A stretch of DNA of 64,000 nt from Auanema rhodensis. Its lineage: Eukaryota > Animalia > Nematoda. Positions 12,501 to 27,104 of this stretch are shown here, in pieces. Numbering within the stretch: the stretch's first letter is position 1; every line of letters starts with the position of its first letter. Below the pieces are notes generated by a model that did no database searches, was not told the DNA's origin, and saw only the letters and a list, made by a program, of their open reading frames with translations. Position numbers and translations under genes: made by a program. The stretch spans positions 62,001 to 126,000 of the forward strand of contig CAXKVF010000076.1 in the NCBI GenBank assembly GCA_964057225.1, written 5' to 3'.

Positions 12501-15136
12501 CGTGAAAGATAAAGAGATGCGGTTTTCAAAATTAGATTCCCCATGTCCATATTAGTCTAAAAACAAATTTTTATTGATATTGCTTCATGGTAACCATGAC
12601 TTTGAAATTTACGTGAACTTTAATTTATGCTAATTAAATGTACACGTGATGTGCTCTTGGTATGTAACTCGCTTCACGTGAAAGATAAAGAAATGCGGTT
12701 TTCAAAATTAGATTCCCCATGTCCATATTAGTCTAAAAACAAATTTTTATTGATATTGGTTCATGGTAACCATGACTTTGAAATTTACGTGAACTTTAAT
12801 TTATGCTAATTAAATGTACACGTGATGTGCACTTGGTATGTAACTCGCTTCACGTGAAAGATAAAGAGATGCGGTTTTCAAAATTAGATTCCCCATGTCC
12901 ATATTAGTCTAAAAACAAATTTTTATTGATATTGGTTCATGGTAACCATGACTTTGAATTTTACGTGAACTTTAATTTATGCTAATTAAATGTACACGTG
13001 ATGTGCACTTGGTATGTAACTCGCTTCACGTGAAAGATAAAGAGATGCGGTTTCCAAAATTAGATTCCCCATGTCCATATTAGTCTAAAAACAAATTTTT
13101 ATTGATATTGGTTCATGGTAACCATGACTTTGAAATTTACGTGAACTTTAATTAATGCTAATTAAATGTACACGTGATGTGCACTTGGTATGTAACTCGC
13201 TTCACGTGAAAGATAAAGAGATGCGGTTTTCAAAATTAGATTCCCCATGTCCATATTAGTCTAAAAACAAATTTTTATTGATATTGCTTCATGGTAACCA
13301 TGACTTTGAAATTTACGTGAACTTTAATTTATGCTAATTAAATGTACACGTGATGTGCACTTGGTATGTAACTCGCTTCACGTGAAAGATAAAGAGATGC
13401 GGTTTTCAAAATTAGATTCCCCATGTCCATATTAGTCTAAAAACAAATTTTTATTGATATTGGTTCATGGTAACCATGACTTTGAATTTTATGTGAACTT
13501 TAATTTATGCTAATTAAATGTACACGTGATGTGCACTTGGTATGTAACTCGCTTCACGTGAAAGATAAAGAAATGCGGTTTTCAAAATTAGATTCCCCAT
13601 GTCCATATTAGTCTAAAAACAAATTTTTATTGATATTGGTTCATGGTAACCATGACTTTGAAATTTACGTGAACTTTAATTTATGCTAATTAAATGTACA
13701 CGTGATGTGCACTTGGTATGTAACTCGCTTCACGTGAAAGATAAAGAGATGCGGTTTTCAAAATTAGATTCCCCATGTCCATATTAGTCTAAAAACAAAT
13801 TTTTATTGATATTGCTTCATGGTAACCATGACTTTGAAATTTACGTGAACTTTAATTTATGCTAATTAAATGTACACGTGATGTGCACTTGGTATGTAAC
13901 TCGCTTCACGTGAAAGATAAAGAGATGCGGTTTTCAAAATTAGATTCCTCATGTCTATATTAGTCTAAAAACAAATTTTTATTGATATTGGTTCATGGTA
14001 ACCATGACTTTGAAATTTACGTGAACTTTAATTAATGCTAATTAAATGTACACGTGATGTGCACTTGGTATGTAACTCGCTTCACGTGAAAGATAAAGAG
14101 ATGCGGTTTTCAAAATTAGATTCCCCATGTCCATATTAGTCTAAAAACAAATTTTTATTGATATTGCTTCATGGTAACCATGACTTTGAAATTTACGTGA
14201 ACTTTAATTTATGCTAATTAAATGTACACGTGATGTGCACTTGGTATGTAACTCGCTTCACGTGAAAGATAAAGAGATGCGGTTTTCAAAATTAGATTCC
14301 CCATGTCCATATTAGTCTCAACACAAATTTTTATTGATATTGCTTCATGGTAACCATGACTTTGAAATTTACGTGAACTTTAATTTATGCTAATTAAATG
14401 TACACGTGATGTGCACTTGGTATGTAACTCGCTTCACGTGAAAGATAAAGAGATGCGGTTTGCAAAATTAGATTCCCCATGTCCATATTAGTCTAAAAAC
14501 AAATTTTTATTGATATTGCTTCATGGTAACCATGACTTTGAAATTTACGTGAACTTTAATTTATGCTAATTAAATGTACACGTGATGTGCACTTGGTATG
14601 TAACTCGCTTCACGTGAAAGATAAAGAGATGCGGTTTTCAAAATTAGATTCCCCATGTCCATATTAGTCTAAAAACAAATTTTTATTGATATTGCTTCAT
14701 GGTAACCATGACTTTGAAATTTACGTGAACTTTAATTTATGCTAATTAAATGTACACGTGATGTGCACTTGGTATGTAACTCGCTTCACGTGAAAGATAA
14801 AGAGATGCGGTTTTCAAAATTAGATTCCCCATGTCCATATTAGTCTAAAAACAAATTTTTATTGATATTGGTTCATGGTAACCATGACTTTGAATTTTAT
14901 GTGAACTTTAATTTATGCTAATTAAATGTACACGTGATGTGCACTTGGTATGTAACTCGCTTCACGTGAAAGATAAAGAAATGCGGTTTTCAAAATTAGA
15001 TTCTCCATGTCCATATTAGTCTAAAAACAAATTTTTATTGATATTGGTTCATGGTAACCATGACTTTGAAATTTACGTGAACTTTAATTTATGCTAATTA
15101 AATGTACACGTGATGTGCACTTGGTATGTAACTCGC
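8097..15136 (+). repeat. 20-monomer (3520 bp) tandem duplication, monomers 47-66 vs 67-86
   Basis: Identical variant order, including T30C (m55/m75) and C44T (m66/m86). The only difference seen is A4T at 10740. Confidence 0.92.
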
Positions 15137-18100
15137 TTCACGTGAAAGATAAAGAGATGCGGTTTTCAAAATTAGATTCCCCATGTCCATATTAGTCTAA
15201 AAACAAATTTTTATTGATATTGCTTCATGGTAACCATTACTTTGAAATTTCCGTGAACTTTAATTTATGCTAATTAAATGTACACGTGATGTGCACTTGG
15301 TATGTAACTCGCTTCACGTGAAAGATAAAGAAATGCGGTTTTCAAAATTAGATTCCCCATGTCCATATTAGTCTAAAAACAAATTTTTATTGATATTGGT
15401 TCATGGTAACCATGACTTTGAAATTTACGTGAACTTTAATTTATGCTAATTAAATGTACACGTGATGTGCACTTGGTTAGTAACTCGCTTCACGTGAAAG
15501 ATAAAGAGATGCGGTTTTCAAAATTAGATTCCTCATGTCTATATTAGTCTAAAAACAAATTTTTATTGATATTGCTTCATGGTAACCATGACTTTGAAAT
15601 TTCCGTGAACTTTAATTAATGCTAATTAAATGTACACGTGATGTGCACTTGGTATGTAACTCGCTTCACGTGAAAGATAAAGAGATGCGGTTTTCAAAAT
15701 TAGATTCCCCATGTCCATATTAGTCTAAAAACAAATTTTTATTGATATTGCTTCATGGTAACCATGACTTTGAAATTTCCGTGAACTTTAATTAATGCTA
15801 ATTAAATGTACACGTGATGTGCACTTGGTATGTAACTCGCTTCACGTGAAAGATAAAGAGATGCGGTTTTCAAAATTAGATTCCTCATGTCTATATTAGT
15901 CTAAAAACAAATTTTTATTGATATTGGTTCATGGTAACCATGACTTTGAAATTTACGTGAACTTTAATTAATGCTAATTAAATGTACACGTGATGTGCAC
16001 TTGGTATGTAACTCGCTTCACGTGAAAGATAAAGAGATGCGGTTTTCAAAATTAGATTCCCCATGTCCATATTAGTCTAAAAACAAATTTTTATTGATAT
16101 TGCTTCATGGTAACCATGACTTTGAAATTTACGTGAACTTTAATTTATGCTAATTAAATGTACACGTGATGTGCACTTGGTATGTAACTCGCTTCACGTG
16201 AAAGATAAAGAAATGCGGTTTTCAAAATTAGATTCCCCATGTCCATATTAGTCTAAAAACAAATTTTTATTGATATTGGTTCATGGTAACCATGACTTTG
16301 AAATTTACGTGAACTTTAATTTATGCTAATTAAATGTACACGTGATGTGCACTTGGTATGTAACTCGCTTCACGTGAAAGATAAAGAGATGCGGTTTTCA
16401 AAATTAGATTCCCCATGTCCATATTAGTCTAAAAACAAATTTTTATTGATATTGCTTCATGGTAACCATGACTTTGAAATTTCCGTGAACTTTAATTTAT
16501 GCTAATTAAATGTACACGTGATGTGCACTTGGTATGTAACTCGCTTCACGTGAAAGATAAAGAGATGCGGTTTTCAAAATTAGATTCCCCATGTCCATAT
16601 TAGTCTAAAAACAAATTTTTATTGATATTGGTTCATGGTAACCATGACTTTGAAATTTACGTGAACTTTAATTTATGCTAATTAAATGTACACGTGATGT
16701 GCACTTGGTATGTAACTCGCTTCACGTGAAAGATAAAGAGATGCGGTTTTCAAAATTAGATTCCTCATGTCTATATTAGTCTAAAAACAAATTTTTATTG
16801 ATATTGGTTCATGGTAACCATGACTTTGAAATTTACGTGAACTTTAATTAATGCTAATTAAATGTACACGTGATGTGCACTTGGTATGTAACTCGCTTCA
16901 CGTGAAAGATAAAGAGATGCGGTTTTCAAAATTAGATTCCCCATGTCCATATTAGTCTAAAAACAAATTTTTATTGATATTGCTTCATGGTAACCATGAC
17001 TTTGAAATTTACGTGAACTTTAATTTATGCTAATTAAATGTACACGTGATGTGCACTTGGTATGTAACTCGCTTCACGTGAAAGATAAAGAGATGCGGTT
17101 TTCAAAATTAGATTCCCCATGTCTATATTAGTCTCAACACAAATTTTTATTGATATTGCTTCATGGTAACCATGACTTTGAAATTTACGTGAACTTTAAT
17201 TTATGCTAATTAAATGTACACGTGATGTGCACTTGGTATGTAACTCGCTTCACGTGAAAGATAAAGAGATGCGGTTTGCAAAATTAGATTCCCCATGTCC
17301 ATATTAGTCTAAAAACAAATTTTTATTGATATTGCTTCATGGTAACCATGACTTTGAAATTTACGTGAACTTTAATTTATGCTAATTAAATGTACACGTG
17401 ATGTGCTCTTGGTATGTAACTCGCTTCACGTAAAAGATAAAGAAATGCGGTTTTCAAAATTAGATTCCCCATGTCCATATTAGTCTAAAAACAAATTTTT
17501 ATTGATATTGGTTCATGGTAACCATGACTTTGAAATTTACGTGAACTTTAATTTATGCTAATTAAATGTACACGTGATGTGCACTTGGTATGTAACTCGC
17601 TTCACGTGAAAGATAAAGAGATGCGGTTTTCAAAATTAGATTCCCCATGTCCATATTAGTCTAAAAACAAATTTTTATTGATATTGCTTCATGGTAACCA
17701 TGACTTTGAAATTTACGTGAACTTTAATTTATGCTAATTAAATGTACACGTGATGTGCACTTGGTATGTAACTCGCTTCACGTGAAAGATAAAGAGATGC
17801 GGTTTTCAAAATTAGATTCCCCATGTCCATATTAGTCTAAAAACAAATTTTTATTGATATTGGTGCATGGTAACCATGACTTTGAAATTTACGTGAACTT
17901 TAATTTATGCTAATTAAATGTACACGTGATGTGCACTTGGTATGTAACTCGCTTCACGTGAAAGATAAAGAGATGCGGTTTTCAAAATTAGATTCCCCAT
18001 GTCCCTATTAGTCTAAAAACAAATTTTTATTGATATTTGTGCATGGTAACCATGACTTTGAAATTTACGTGAACTTTAATTTATGCTAATTAAATGTACA

Positions 18101-21100
18101 CGTGATGTGCACTTGGTATGTAACTCGCTTCACGTGAAAGATGAAGAGATGCGGTTTTCAAAATTAGATTCCTCATGTCCATATTAGTCTAAAAACAAAT
18201 TTTTATTGATATTGGTTCATGGTAACCATGACTTTGAAATTTACGTGAACTTTAATTTATGCTAATTAAATGTACACGTGATGTGCACTTGGTATGTAAC
18301 TCGCTTCACGTGAAAGATAAAGAGATGCGGTTTTCAAAATTAGATTCCCCATGTCCATATTAGTCTAAAAACAAATTTTTATTGATATTGGTGCATGGTA
18401 ACCATGACTTTGAAATTTACGTGAACTTTAATTTATGCTAATTAAATGTACACGTGATGTGCACTTGGTATGTAACTCGCTTCACGTGAAAGATAAAGAG
18501 ATGCGGTTTTTAAAATTAGATTCCCCATGTCCATATTAGTCTAAAAACAAATTTTTATTGATATTGGTTCATGGTAACCATGACTTTGAAATTTACGTGA
18601 ACTTTAATTTATGCTAATTAAATGTACACGTGATGTGCACTTGGTATGTAACTCGCTTCACGTGAAAGATAAAGAGATGCGGTTTTCAAAATTAGATTCC
18701 CCATGTCCATATTAGTCTAAAAACAAATTTTTATTGATATTGGTTCATGGTAACCATGACTTTGAAATTTACGTGAACTTTAATTTATGCTAATTAAATG
18801 TACACGTGATGTGCACTTGGTATGTAACTCGCTTCACGTGAAAGATAAAGAGATGCGGTTTTCAAAATTAGATTCCCCATGTCCATATTAGTCTAAAAAC
18901 AAATTTTTATTGATATTGGTTCATGGTAACCATGACTTTGAAATTTACGTGAACTTTAATTTATGCTAATTAAATGTACACGTGATGTGCACTTGGTATG
19001 TAACTCGCTTCACGTGAAAGATAAAGAGATGCGGTTTTCAAAATTAGATTCCCCATGTCCATATTAGTCTAAAAACAAATTTTTATTGATATTGGTTCAT
19101 GGTAACCATGACTTTGAATTTTACGTGAACTTTAATTTATGCTAATTAAATGTACACGTGATGTGCACTTGGTATGTAACTCGCTTCACGTGAAAGATAA
19201 AGAGATGCGGTTTTCAAAATTAGATTCCCCATGTCCATATTAGTCTCAACACAAATTTTTATTGATATTGGTTCATGGTAACCATGACTTTGAAATTTAC
19301 GTGAACTTTAATTTATGCTAATTAAATGTACACGTGATGTGCACTTGGTATGTAACTCGCTTCACGTGAAAGATAAAGAGATGCGGTTTTCAAAATTAGA
19401 TTCCCCATGTCCATATTAGTCTAAAAACAAATTTTTATTGATATTGCTTCATGGTAACCATGACTTTGAAATTTACGTGAACTTTAATTTATGCTAATTA
19501 AATGTACACGTGATGTGCACTTGGTATGTAACTCGCTTCACGTGAAAGATAAAGATATGCGGTTTTCAAAATTAGATTCCCCATGTCCATATTAGTCTAA
19601 AAACAAATTTTTATTGATATTGGTTCATGGTAACCATGACTTTGAATTTTATGTGAACTTTAATTTATGCTAATTAAATGTACACGTGATGTGCACTTGG
19701 TATGTAACTCGCTTCACGTGAAAGATAAAGAAATGCGGTTTTCAAAATTAGATTCCCCATGTCCATATTAGTCTAAAAACAAATTTTTATTGATATTGGT
19801 TCATGGTAACCATGACTTTGAAATTTACGTGAACTTTAATTTATGCTAATTAAATGTACACGTGATGTGCACTTGGTATGTAACTCGCTTCACGTGAAAG
19901 ATAAAGAGATGTGGTTTTCAAAATTAGATTCCCCATGTCCATATTAGTCTAAAAACAAATTTTTATTGATATTGGTTCATGGTAACCATGACTTTGAATT
20001 TTATGTGAACTTTAATTTATGCTAATTAAATGTACACGTGATGTGCACTTGGTATGTAACTCGCTTCACGTGAAAGATAAAGAGATGCGGTTTCCAAAAT
20101 TAGATTCCCCATGTCCATATTAGTCTAAAAACAAATTTTTATTGATATTGGTTCATGGTAACCATGACTTTGAATTTTATGTGAACTTTAATTTATGCTA
20201 ATTAAATGTACACGTGATGTGCACTTGGTATGTAACTCGCTTCACGTGAAAGATAAAGAGATGCGGTTTTCAAAATTAGATTCCCCATGTCCATATTAGT
20301 CTAAAAACAAATTTTTATTGATATTGCTTCATGGTAACCATGACTTTGAAATTTACGTGAACTTTAATTTATGCTAATTAAATGTACACGTGATGTGCAC
20401 TTGGTATGTAACTCGCTTCACGTGAAAGATAAAGAGATGCGGTTTTCAAAATTAGATTCCCCATGTCCATATTAGTCTAAAAACAAATTTTTATTGATAT
20501 TGGTTCATGGTAACCATGACTTTGAATTTTATGTGAACTTTAATTTATGCTAATTAAATGTACACGTGATGTGCACTTGGTATGTAACTCGCTTCACGTG
20601 AAAGATAAAGAAATGCGGTTTTCAAAATTAGATTCCCCATGTCCATATTAGTCTAAAAACAAATTTTTATTGATATTGGTTCATGGTAACCATGACTTTG
20701 AAATTTACGTGAACTTTAATTTATGCTAATTAAATGTACACGTGATGTGCACTTGGTATGTAACTCGCTTCACGTGAAAGATAAAGAGATGCGGTTTTCA
20801 AAATTAGATTCCCCATGTCCATATTAGTCTAAAAACAAATTTTTATTGATATTGCTTCATGGTAACCATGACTTTGAAATTTACGTGAACTTTAATTTAT
20901 GCTAATTAAATGTACACGTGATGTGCACTTGGTATGTAACTCGCTTCACGTGAAAGATAAAGAGATGCGGTTTTCAAAATTAGATTCCTCATGTCTATAT
21001 TAGTCTAAAAACAAATTTTTATTGATATTGGTTCATGGTAACCATGACTTTGAAATTTACGTGAACTTTAATTAATGCTAATTAAATGTACACGTGATGT

Positions 21101-24100
21101 GCACTTGGTATGTAACTCGCTTCACGTGAAAGATAAAGAGATGCGGTTTTCAAAATTAGATTCCCCATGTCCATATTAGTCTAAAAACAAATTTTTATTG
21201 ATATTGCTTCATGGTAACCATGACTTTGAAATTTACGTGAACTTTAATTTATGCTAATTAAATGTACACGTGATGTGCACTTGGTATGTAACTCGCTTCA
21301 CGTGAAAGATAAAGAGATGCGGTTTTCAAAATTAGATTCCCCATGTCCATATTAGTCTCAACACAAATTTTTATTGATATTGCTTCATGGTAACCATGAC
21401 TTTGAAATTTACGTGAACTTTAATTTATGCTAATTAAATGTACACGTGATGTGCACTTGGTATGTAACTCGCTTCACGTGAAAGATAAAGAGATGCGGTT
21501 TGCAAAATTAGATTCCCCATGTCCATATTAGTCTAAAAACAAATTTTTATTGATATTGCTTCATGGTAACCATGACTTTGAAATTTACGTGAACTTTAAT
21601 TTATGCTAATTAAATGTACACGTGATGTGCACTTGGTATGTAACTCGCTTCACGTGAAAGATAAAGAGATGCGGTTTTCAAAATTAGATTCCCCATGTCC
21701 ATATTAGTCTAAAAACAAATTTTTATTGATATTGCTTCATGGTAACCATGACTTTGAAATTTACGTGAACTTTAATTTATGCTAATTAAATGTACACGTG
21801 ATGTGCACTTGGTATGTAACTCGCTTCACGTGAAAGATAAAGAGATGCGGTTTTCAAAATTAGATTCCCCATGTCCATATTAGTCTAAAAACAAATTTTT
21901 ATTGATATTGGTTCATGGTAACCATGACTTTGAATTTTATGTGAACTTTAATTTATGCTAATTAAATGTACACGTGATGTGCACTTGGTATGTAACTCGC
22001 TTCACGTGAAAGATAAAGAAATGCGGTTTTCAAAATTAGATTCTCCATGTCCATATTAGTCTAAAAACAAATTTTTATTGATATTGGTTCATGGTAACCA
22101 TGACTTTGAAATTTACGTGAACTTTAATTTATGCTAATTAAATGTACACGTGATGTGCACTTGGTATGTAACTCGCTTCACGTGAAAGATAAAGAGATGC
22201 GGTTTTCAAAATTAGATTCCCCATGTCCATATTAGTCTAAAAACAAATTTTTATTGATATTGCTTCATGGTAACCATTACTTTGAAATTTCCGTGAACTT
22301 TAATTTATGCTAATTAAATGTACACGTGATGTGCACTTGGTATGTAACTCGCTTCACGTGAAAGATAAAGAAATGCGGTTTTCAAAATTAGATTCCCCAT
22401 GTCCATATTAGTCTAAAAACAAATTTTTATTGATATTGGTTCATGGTAACCATGACTTTGAAATTTACGTGAACTTTAATTTATGCTAATTAAATGTACA
22501 CGTGATGTGCACTTGGTTAGTAACTCGCTTCACGTGAAAGATAAAGAGATGCGGTTTTCAAAATTAGATTCCTCATGTCTATATTAGTCTAAAAACAAAT
22601 TTTTATTGATATTGCTTCATGGTAACCATGACTTTGAAATTTCCGTGAACTTTAATTAATGCTAATTAAATGTACACGTGATGTGCACTTGGTATGTAAC
22701 TCGCTTCACGTGAAAGATAAAGAGATGCGGTTTTCAAAATTAGATTCCCCATGTCCATATTAGTCTAAAAACAAATTTTTATTGATATTGCTTCATGGTA
22801 ACCATGACTTTGAAATTTCCGTGAACTTTAATTAATGCTAATTAAATGTACACGTGATGTGCACTTGGTATGTAACTCGCTTCACGTGAAAGATAAAGAG
22901 ATGCGGTTTTCAAAATTAGATTCCTCATGTCTATATTAGTCTAAAAACAAATTTTTATTGATATTGGTTCATGGTAACCATGACTTTGAAATTTACGTGA
23001 ACTTTAATTAATGCTAATTAAATGTACACGTGATGTGCACTTGGTATGTAACTCGCTTCACGTGAAAGATAAAGAGATGCGGTTTTCAAAATTAGATTCC
23101 CCATGTCCATATTAGTCTAAAAACAAATTTTTATTGATATTGCTTCATGGTAACCATGACTTTGAAATTTACGTGAACTTTAATTTATGCTAATTAAATG
23201 TACACGTGATGTGCACTTGGTATGTAACTCGCTTCACGTGAAAGATAAAGAAATGCGGTTTTCAAAATTAGATTCCCCATGTCCATATTAGTCTAAAAAC
23301 AAATTTTTATTGATATTGGTTCATGGTAACCATGACTTTGAAATTTACGTGAACTTTAATTTATGCTAATTAAATGTACACGTGATGTGCACTTGGTATG
23401 TAACTCGCTTCACGTGAAAGATAAAGAGATGCGGTTTTCAAAATTAGATTCCCCATGTCCATATTAGTCTAAAAACAAATTTTTATTGATATTGCTTCAT
23501 GGTAACCATGACTTTGAAATTTCCGTGAACTTTAATTTATGCTAATTAAATGTACACGTGATGTGCACTTGGTATGTAACTCGCTTCACGTGAAAGATAA
23601 AGAGATGCGGTTTTCAAAATTAGATTCCCCATGTCCATATTAGTCTAAAAACAAATTTTTATTGATATTGGTTCATGGTAACCATGACTTTGAAATTTAC
23701 GTGAACTTTAATTTATGCTAATTAAATGTACACGTGATGTGCACTTGGTATGTAACTCGCTTCACGTGAAAGATAAAGAGATGCGGTTTTCAAAATTAGA
23801 TTCCTCATGTCTATATTAGTCTAAAAACAAATTTTTATTGATATTGGTTCATGGTAACCATGACTTTGAAATTTACGTGAACTTTAATTAATGCTAATTA
23901 AATGTACACGTGATGTGCACTTGGTATGTAACTCGCTTCACGTGAAAGATAAAGAGATGCGGTTTTCAAAATTAGATTCCCCATGTCCATATTAGTCTAA
24001 AAACAAATTTTTATTGATATTGCTTCATGGTAACCATGACTTTGAAATTTACGTGAACTTTAATTTATGCTAATTAAATGTACACGTGATGTGCACTTGG

Positions 24101-27100
24101 TATGTAACTCGCTTCACGTGAAAGATAAAGAGATGCGGTTTTCAAAATTAGATTCCCCATGTCTATATTAGTCTCAACACAAATTTTTATTGATATTGCT
24201 TCATGGTAACCATGACTTTGAAATTTACGTGAACTTTAATTTATGCTAATTAAATGTACACGTGATGTGCACTTGGTATGTAACTCGCTTCACGTGAAAG
24301 ATAAAGAGATGCGGTTTGCAAAATTAGATTCCCCATGTCCATATTAGTCTAAAAACAAATTTTTATTGATATTGCTTCATGGTAACCATGACTTTGAAAT
24401 TTACGTGAACTTTAATTTATGCTAATTAAATGTACACGTGATGTGCTCTTGGTATGTAACTCGCTTCACGTAAAAGATAAAGAAATGCGGTTTTCAAAAT
24501 TAGATTCCCCATGTCCATATTAGTCTAAAAACAAATTTTTATTGATATTGGTTCATGGTAACCATGACTTTGAAATTTACGTGAACTTTAATTTATGCTA
24601 ATTAAATGTACACGTGATGTGCACTTGGTATGTAACTCGCTTCACGTGAAAGATAAAGAGATGCGGTTTTCAAAATTAGATTCCCCATGTCCATATTAGT
24701 CTAAAAACAAATTTTTATTGATATTGCTTCATGGTAACCATGACTTTGAAATTTACGTGAACTTTAATTTATGCTAATTAAATGTACACGTGATGTGCAC
24801 TTGGTATGTAACTCGCTTCACGTGAAAGATAAAGAGATGCGGTTTTCAAAATTAGATTCCCCATGTCCATATTAGTCTAAAAACAAATTTTTATTGATAT
24901 TGGTGCATGGTAACCATGACTTTGAAATTTACGTGAACTTTAATTTATGCTAATTAAATGTACACGTGATGTGCACTTGGTATGTAACTCGCTTCACGTG
25001 AAAGATAAAGAGATGCGGTTTTCAAAATTAGATTCCCCATGTCCCTATTAGTCTAAAAACAAATTTTTATTGATATTTGTGCATGGTAACCATGACTTTG
25101 AAATTTACGTGAACTTTAATTTATGCTAATTAAATGTACACGTGATGTGCACTTGGTATGTAACTCGCTTCACGTGAAAGATGAAGAGATGCGGTTTTCA
25201 AAATTAGATTCCTCATGTCCATATTAGTCTAAAAACAAATTTTTATTGATATTGGTTCATGGTAACCATGACTTTGAAATTTACGTGAACTTTAATTTAT
25301 GCTAATTAAATGTACACGTGATGTGCACTTGGTATGTAACTCGCTTCACGTGAAAGATAAAGAGATGCGGTTTTCAAAATTAGATTCCCCATGTCCATAT
25401 TAGTCTAAAAACAAATTTTTATTGATATTGGTGCATGGTAACCATGACTTTGAAATTTACGTGAACTTTAATTTATGCTAATTAAATGTACACGTGATGT
25501 GCACTTGGTATGTAACTCGCTTCACGTGAAAGATAAAGAGATGCGGTTTTTAAAATTAGATTCCCCATGTCCATATTAGTCTAAAAACAAATTTTTATTG
25601 ATATTGGTTCATGGTAACCATGACTTTGAAATTTACGTGAACTTTAATTTATGCTAATTAAATGTACACGTGATGTGCACTTGGTATGTAACTCGCTTCA
25701 CGTGAAAGATAAAGAGATGCGGTTTTCAAAATTAGATTCCCCATGTCCATATTAGTCTAAAAACAAATTTTTATTGATATTGGTTCATGGTAACCATGAC
25801 TTTGAAATTTACGTGAACTTTAATTTATGCTAATTAAATGTACACGTGATGTGCACTTGGTATGTAACTCGCTTCACGTGAAAGATAAAGAGATGCGGTT
25901 TTCAAAATTAGATTCCCCATGTCCATATTAGTCTAAAAACAAATTTTTATTGATATTGGTTCATGGTAACCATGACTTTGAAATTTACGTGAACTTTAAT
26001 TTATGCTAATTAAATGTACACGTGATGTGCACTTGGTATGTAACTCGCTTCACGTGAAAGATAAAGAGATGCGGTTTTCAAAATTAGATTCCCCATGTCC
26101 ATATTAGTCTAAAAACAAATTTTTATTGATATTGGTTCATGGTAACCATGACTTTGAATTTTACGTGAACTTTAATTTATGCTAATTAAATGTACACGTG
26201 ATGTGCACTTGGTATGTAACTCGCTTCACGTGAAAGATAAAGAGATGCGGTTTTCAAAATTAGATTCCCCATGTCCATATTAGTCTCAACACAAATTTTT
26301 ATTGATATTGGTTCATGGTAACCATGACTTTGAAATTTACGTGAACTTTAATTTATGCTAATTAAATGTACACGTGATGTGCACTTGGTATGTAACTCGC
26401 TTCACGTGAAAGATAAAGAGATGCGGTTTTCAAAATTAGATTCCCCATGTCCATATTAGTCTAAAAACAAATTTTTATTGATATTGCTTCATGGTAACCA
26501 TGACTTTGAAATTTACGTGAACTTTAATTTATGCTAATTAAATGTACACGTGATGTGCACTTGGTATGTAACTCGCTTCACGTGAAAGATAAAGATATGC
26601 GGTTTTCAAAATTAGATTCCCCATGTCCATATTAGTCTAAAAACAAATTTTTATTGATATTGGTTCATGGTAACCATGACTTTGAATTTTATGTGAACTT
26701 TAATTTATGCTAATTAAATGTACACGTGATGTGCACTTGGTATGTAACTCGCTTCACGTGAAAGATAAAGAAATGCGGTTTTCAAAATTAGATTCCCCAT
26801 GTCCATATTAGTCTAAAAACAAATTTTTATTGATATTGGTTCATGGTAACCATGACTTTGAAATTTACGTGAACTTTAATTTATGCTAATTAAATGTACA
26901 CGTGATGTGCACTTGGTATGTAACTCGCTTCACGTGAAAGATAAAGAGATGTGGTTTTCAAAATTAGATTCCCCATGTCCATATTAGTCTAAAAACAAAT
27001 TTTTATTGATATTGCTTCATGGTAACCATGACTTTGAAATTTCCGTGAACTTTAATTTATGCTAATTAAATGTACACGTGATGTGCACTTGGTATGTAAC

Positions 27101-27104
27101 TTGC
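13025..27104 (+). repeat. 40-monomer (7040 bp) tandem duplication, monomers ~75-114 vs ~115-154
   Basis: Rare variants each occur twice, 7040 bp apart: G102T (m87/127), AT166-167TA (15478/22518), G8A (m100/140), A53C (m103/143), G20T (m112/152), C24T (m114/154). Confidence 0.95.
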
